Origin: an uncultured bacterium
GTDB lineage: Bacteria; Ratteibacteria; UBA8468; B48-G9; JAFGKM01
Assembly (NCBI GenBank): GCA_964599135.1
Contig: CAZRDZ010000001.1
Coordinates: forward strand, 1 to 29,182
Length of the DNA: 29,182 nucleotides
Direction: 5' to 3'
Shown here: one piece after another, positions 24,827-29,182 of the stretch
How the letters are laid out: the number at the start of each line of letters is the position of its first letter
Position numbering within the stretch: position 1 is the first letter of the stretch
Program-made: the position numbers and the translations under genes
The notes under the pieces: generated by a model
Told to the model about the DNA's origin: nothing
Seen by the model: the letters and a program-made list of their open reading frames with translations, nothing else
The model's database searches: none

Positions 24827-25902
24827 TTTTTAATCGCAGAATGAATAACTCTCAAAATATCATTATAAGTGATAAAAAGAGCAAGGATAATTAAAAGGAC
24901 TGCTCCTGCATACTGAACAATTTCAAGAAATTTTTTCTTTGGTCTTATTCCTGTAATTCGCTCAAAGAAAAGACCAACAAGATGCCCTCCATCAAAAACA
25001 GGTATTGGGAAAAGGTTTATAATCCCGAGATTTATACTGACAAAAGCAATAAAATAGATATATCTGGCAATTCCATAATGAACAATTTCTGCTCCCCATT
25101 TTGCTATACCAACAGGTCCTGATAGAAGTTTCATTGATACCTGCCTTTTAATAAGCATCTTAAAGGCAGCAAAAACTCCATAACACATCTTATAAAACTC
25201 TTTTCCTGCTCTCACAACTGCTTTGAAAAATGGATATTTCTCCTGCGTTTCTTTTGGGAGTATTCCAATTATATAGACCTTTTCTTTTTCTCCTGATAGG
25301 GAAGAACTAAAATAAGGAGCAGGTTTCATCTTAAATGTAAGAATTTTCTCATTTCTTTTTATTTTAAGGATTATATTTTTTTCTGGATTTTCTTTAGTAA
25401 TTTTTCTTATGTTAGTAAGAACATCAAACCACATCCTGCATCTTTTACCATTAACCTCAATTATTTCATCCCCTATTTTAAGTCCTGATTTTTCTGCAGG
25501 CATCCCTTTAACAAATCCACCAATTTTTGTCCCATCATAACCTGGAAGACCAAGCATAAAAGCAGGTATAAGAAGTAAAAAACCAAGTATCAAATTATTA
25601 AGAGAACCACCTACTATAACTCTACTTCTAACCCCTGGTGGCTTTCCCATATATTCATTTTCATCAAATTTTTCTTTATCCTTATATTCTTCCCCTGCCA
25701 TTTTAACAAAACCACCAAAAGGAATTAAACATATCAGATAAACTGTCTCTCCTTTCTTCCATGAGAAAAGTTTTGGTCCAAACCCAATAGAAAATGTTTC
25801 AACTTTTATTCCTGCTTTTTTTGCAAAAAAGAAATGACCTGCTTCGTGGACAAAAATTATAATTGAAAATAAAAAGATAACTGCCACTATTGATATTATC
25901 AT
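24823..25902 (-). CDS. rseP: RIP metalloprotease RseP (site-2 protease with PDZ domain)
   Basis: HEAGH, FSIGFGP, GGFVKM, PDZ (PAEKSGLKIGD), SGPVGI, NLFPIPVFDGGH. Confidence 0.94.
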   Translation of the reverse strand: MIISIVAVIFLFSIIIFVHEAGHFFFAKKAGIKVETFSIGFGPKLFSWKKGETVYLICLIPFGGFVKMAGEEYKDKEKFDENEYMGKPPGVRSRVIVGGSLNNLILGFLLLIPAFMLGLPGYDGTKIGGFVKGMPAEKSGLKIGDEIIEVNGKRCRMWFDVLTNIRKITKENPEKNIILKIKRNEKILTFKMKPAPYFSSSLSGEKEKVYIIGILPKETQEKYPFFKAVVRAGKEFYKMCYGVFAAFKMLIKRQVSMKLLSGPVGIAKWGAEIVHYGIARYIYFIAFVSINLGIINLFPIPVFDGGHLVGLFFERITGIRPKKKFLEIVQYAGAVLLIILALFITYNDILRVIHSAIKK

Positions 25903-25916
25903 TTTTTTATTTTGAC

Positions 25917-26252
25917 CTAAATTGTTATTTTTTCTGCATATTTACCAATAAGTGGTAAAACTTCTATTTTCCCTCTTAAAGAATTCACAATCCCGATAAT
26001 CGTAAGAACAAGAATAAAAATCCATACAAAATAAGAAAGAATCCATATAATAACTCTCAGAAATGGAATAAAAATAAAAACAAACTGTATAAATGCCCAT
26101 CCGATAGAGAGTATTAAAAGAATAAGTCCCTGTTTTATATGGAATTTTGTGTAGGGATTATCTTTCTGAACTAAAAGTGGGATTAAAATAAATATACCCA
26201 GATATGATAACCATGCTAATCCTTTTCCTTCTTCAATGTCCTTTTTTTCCAT
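25917..26252 (-). CDS. DUF4870/Tic20-like small membrane protein
   Basis: LAWLSYLG...IPL...KD....FH.KQGL, GIVNSL.G....LPLIG; 3 TM segments. Start set at ATG 26252 after GGAG. Confidence 0.75.
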   Translation of the reverse strand: MEKKDIEEGKGLAWLSYLGIFILIPLLVQKDNPYTKFHIKQGLILLILSIGWAFIQFVFIFIPFLRVIIWILSYFVWIFILVLTIIGIVNSLRGKIEVLPLIGKYAEKITI

Positions 26253-26274
26253 TTTCACTCCTTTGTTTTTTTTG

Positions 26275-26303
26275 ATTTTACTTTAATCTGATTCTGCTGT
26301 CAA
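26275..26303 (-). promoter_or_regulatory. Internal sigma70-type promoter overlapping the dxr stop codon
   Basis: TTGACA (26303-26298, includes the dxr TGA), 17 nt spacer, TAAAAT (26280-26275). Confidence 0.7.
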
Positions 26304-27427
26304 TTTTTAATTGTTGCCATACCTTCATAGTTTCTTTTTACCTCTTCAGTTATTCTGTAAATATCCTGAATATCTATATTTCTTTCTATTCTGTGATTTT
26401 TAACAATTTTCCCCACTATTTTTATAATTTCGTTAAATTTTATTTTATTCTTTAGAAAAAGACCAACAACAAGTTCATTTGCAGCGTTTAAAACTACCGG
26501 GTAAGAACCTTTTATTTCAATTGCCTTTTTTGCAAATTTTATAAATTTTTCATTTTCAGATGGGACTTTAAATGTAAGATTCCTCATATTTTCAATATCA
26601 AGAAAATCAAAAGATGTCCCTTTTCTTTCAGGATAATTCAAAACATAACTTATAGGAATTTTCATATCTGGTTTATACATAACTGCCTTTATTGTTCCAT
26701 CAACAAACTCAACAAGTCCGTGAACTATTGCTTCAGGATGAATTAAAACACCAATTTTTTCAAAAGGTAGAGAAAAAAGATAATGTGCTTCAATTATTTC
26801 AAAACACTTATTCATCATAGTTGCTGAATCAACTGTTATCTTTTTTCCCATTTTCCACACAGGATGGGAAAGAACTTCTTTTACTTTTGGATTTTTTGTT
26901 TTTTTCCCATAAAATGGACCTCCTGATGCAGTTAAATATATCTTTTTAATATCTTTCTTCTTTTCTCCCTTAATAATCTGAAAAATTGCATTATGTTCAC
27001 TGTCAACGGGCAGAATTTTACTTTTATACTTCCTTATCAAATTTTTTACAAGAAAACCACCAACAACAAGAATTTCTTTTGTAGCAAGGGCAATAGTTTT
27101 TCCTCTCTTTACGCATTCAACAAATGTTTTCAAACTTTCAATTCCAGGGATGGCAAAAACAAAAATATCTGCATCAACTTCTGAAATTTTTATAAGGTCA
27201 TCACCATAAAAAAATTTCACACTTTTAAAATTTTTCTCAAAAGAAGAATCTCTCTTTTTAGTATAAACAAAGGAAGGAGAAAATTCTTTTATCTGCTCCT
27301 TTAAAACCTTTCTATTTTCTTTACAGGCAAGAGCAACAACTTTAAATTTTCCTCTCTGTCTTCTTATAACTTCAAGAGTATTAACTCCTATTGTTCCTGT
27401 TGAACCTAAAATTGCAATTTTCTTCAT
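26300..27427 (-). CDS. dxr: 1-deoxy-D-xylulose-5-phosphate reductoisomerase
   Basis: ILGSTGTIG, LPVDSEH, LTASGGPF, HP.W.MG.KITVDSATMMNK, NAANE. Confidence 0.96.
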   Translation of the reverse strand: MKKIAILGSTGTIGVNTLEVIRRQRGKFKVVALACKENRKVLKEQIKEFSPSFVYTKKRDSSFEKNFKSVKFFYGDDLIKISEVDADIFVFAIPGIESLKTFVECVKRGKTIALATKEILVVGGFLVKNLIRKYKSKILPVDSEHNAIFQIIKGEKKKDIKKIYLTASGGPFYGKKTKNPKVKEVLSHPVWKMGKKITVDSATMMNKCFEIIEAHYLFSLPFEKIGVLIHPEAIVHGLVEFVDGTIKAVMYKPDMKIPISYVLNYPERKGTSFDFLDIENMRNLTFKVPSENEKFIKFAKKAIEIKGSYPVVLNAANELVVGLFLKNKIKFNEIIKIVGKIVKNHRIERNIDIQDIYRITEEVKRNYEGMATIKN

Positions 27428-28128
27428 TTAATAAGCCCTCCAAATTTCCTTTTTCTCTTCTGGTATGAAACAAGGGCTTTATAAAAATCTTCTTCATCAA
27501 AATCAGGCCATAAAACATCTGTAAAATAAAATTCTGAATAAACTGATTGCCAGATTAAAAAATTACTTATTCTTTTCTCTCCAGCAGTTCTTATTATAAG
27601 GTCAACATCTGGAACATCAGGAAGATAGAGAAATTTTCTGAAAGTTTCTTCATCTACTTTTTTAATTTTTTTCTTCTTAACAATTTTCTCAATTGCATCA
27701 AGTATTTCCTGCCTTCCCCCATAATTTATTGCAAAAATCAAATTTAAACCAGTATTATTTTTTGTAATGTCTCTAACATAGTCCATTATTTCAATAAGTT
27801 TTTCTGGTAATCCCTCTTTCCTTCCTGTAAATTCAACTTTAACATTATTCCTGTTCAAACTATCTCCTTCTTTTCTCAATCTTGTTTCCATAAGTTTGAA
27901 GAGAAAATTAACCTCTTCTTCAGGTCTTTTCCAGTTTTCTGTTGAAAAGGAGTAAAGAGTTAAATATTTAATCTTAAACTTTTTTGCTGCCTTTACCGCT
28001 TTTCTTACTGCTTTAAGTCCTTCTCTATGTCCAAAAACTCTCGGCAATTTCCTTTTTTGTGCCCATCTTCCATTTCCATCCATTATAATCCCAATATGAC
28101 AAGGCAATATTTTTAATTCTTTTTTCAT
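27424..28128 (-). CDS. uppS: Undecaprenyl diphosphate synthase (cis-isoprenyltransferase)
   Basis: HIGIIMDGNGRWA, FSTENWKRP, NYGGRQE, DLIIRTAGEKRISNFLIWQ, WPDF. Confidence 0.96.
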   Translation of the reverse strand: MKKELKILPCHIGIIMDGNGRWAQKRKLPRVFGHREGLKAVRKAVKAAKKFKIKYLTLYSFSTENWKRPEEEVNFLFKLMETRLRKEGDSLNRNNVKVEFTGRKEGLPEKLIEIMDYVRDITKNNTGLNLIFAINYGGRQEILDAIEKIVKKKKIKKVDEETFRKFLYLPDVPDVDLIIRTAGEKRISNFLIWQSVYSEFYFTDVLWPDFDEEDFYKALVSYQKRKRKFGGLIK

Positions 28129-28841
28129 ATCTGGAATTTCTCCCCGAAATAAACACCTCTTGCTTCAGGATGTTCTAAAATTCTTTCTGGTTTTCCTTCA
28201 ATGAGTATTTCTCCCTGATAAATTATATATGCTCTATCTGTGATTTTTAATGCCTCTCGGACATTATGGTCTGTTAATAAAATCCCTATATTCTCTCTTT
28301 TCAGAGCAACAACTATATCCTGGAGTTCAGAAACTGTTTTTGGGTCAATTCCTGAAAATGGCTCATCAAGAAGGAAAAACTTGGGATTTAAACTCAAACT
28401 TCTACCTATTTCAAGGCGTCTTTTTTCTCCTCCTGATAAAGTTCCTGCAATCTGTTTTCTCATATCATAAAGTCCCATTTTCTTAAGATATTTTTTCACC
28501 ACTTCTTTCATTTCTTTTTTATTTCTATAATACGACTCAAGGACAATAAAAAAATTTTCCTCAACAGTTAATTTTGAAAAGATTGATATTTCTTGAGGAA
28601 GATAAGAAATTCCAAGTCGTGCTCTTTTCCACGCAGGATAATTTGTTATATCAACCCCATCAAGCACAATTTCCCCTCTATCCGGTCTTAAAAAACCCAA
28701 TATCATTTCAAAAGTAGTAGTTTTTCCTGCCCCATTTGGACCAAGAAGACCAACTATTTCTCCTTTTGAGACATTCAGGGAAACATCTCTCACTGCTATT
28801 TTTTTACCAAATCTCTTTTTTAAATTTTTTGTCTCAAGCAT
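28125..28841 (-). CDS. lptB: LPS export ABC transporter ATP-binding protein
   Basis: GLLGPNGAGKTT, YLPQE.SIF, LSGGEKRRLEI, LLDEPFSGIDP, LTDHNVRE, C-terminal VYFGE..F. Confidence 0.93.
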   Translation of the reverse strand: MLETKNLKKRFGKKIAVRDVSLNVSKGEIVGLLGPNGAGKTTTFEMILGFLRPDRGEIVLDGVDITNYPAWKRARLGISYLPQEISIFSKLTVEENFFIVLESYYRNKKEMKEVVKKYLKKMGLYDMRKQIAGTLSGGEKRRLEIGRSLSLNPKFFLLDEPFSGIDPKTVSELQDIVVALKRENIGILLTDHNVREALKITDRAYIIYQGEILIEGKPERILEHPEARGVYFGEKFQI

Positions 28842-28932
28842 TTTTCTTCTCTTATTTTATCATAATTATCAACATCTTTCATTCCATAACTTCACTTGAT
28901 TTTTATTCAGGAATTTTGTATCTTTAAAAGAG

Positions 28933-28960
28933 ATTATAAAGTTAATCCGTAACTCTGCAA
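28933..28960 (-). promoter_or_regulatory. Possible promoter for the lptB-uppS-dxr operon
   Basis: TTGCAG (28960-28955), 16 nt spacer, TATAAT (28938-28933). A short AGTTA-5-TAACT inverted repeat lies in the spacer. Confidence 0.45.
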
Positions 28961-29182
28961 GTTTAATTTAATCGGTAAGTTTAATTTCTCAATTTTTTCT
29001 CTTCCAGCAGATTTACATTATCCTGACTGTAGAAACTTTATCTCCTATAATTATTACATCTTTTTTTTTCGCAGAGTTAAGGATAAGAATGTAACCTAAA
29101 TATGAAAGTTTCTGAATTTTAGTTTTGCTAAAAATCAATTAGATATTCTTTCGGGAAAATATTATCAAGCCCTAAAATACAG

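Noticed and set aside
1-29182. CRISPR arrays, IS elements, prophage, rRNA, riboswitches
   Set aside because: No spaced direct repeats, transposase/integrase ORFs or rRNA-like sequence; intergenic gaps are too short or lack recognisable riboswitch cores.

Overview
An AT-rich bacterial chromosomal segment spanning the probable replication origin, with no mobile element or CRISPR array. The + strand (237-12355) carries tRNA-Phe(GAA), an unusually long secA, dnaA, dnaN, dciA/DUF721, dapA, accD and folC. It continues with a Fur-family (Zur-like) regulator plus a His/Cys-rich membrane protein, and an arsR-osmC-trxA redox cluster. The - strand (28841-12352) is a near-contiguous 18-gene block: lptB, uppS, dxr, DUF4870, rseP, ispG, a Gfo/Idh/MocA oxidoreductase, a ceramidase-like hydrolase, wecA/tagO, pyrF, alr, a polyprenyl synthase, a GH4 alpha-galactosidase, an ABC ATPase/permease/TPR-like trio, gmk and a second Gfo/Idh/MocA. 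lptB points to a diderm; the lineage cannot be assigned from sequence alone (an Omnitrophota/PVC-related group is only a guess). The most unusual signals are: (1) a 358-residue, apparently coiled-coil segment in the SecA VAR position; (2) a perfect 20-bp inverted repeat of tandem DnaA boxes bracketing dnaA, with boxes phased at 11 bp over the secA stop and dnaA start; (3) a perfect 27-bp Zur-type palindrome controlling an uncharacterised, internally duplicated HxxH...SD membrane protein (candidate new metal transporter); (4) an Alr with Gln at the specificity-gate Tyr; (5) a pilin-less Xap/PilGHI-like ABC trio. All product calls come from motif recognition by eye; no searches were run.
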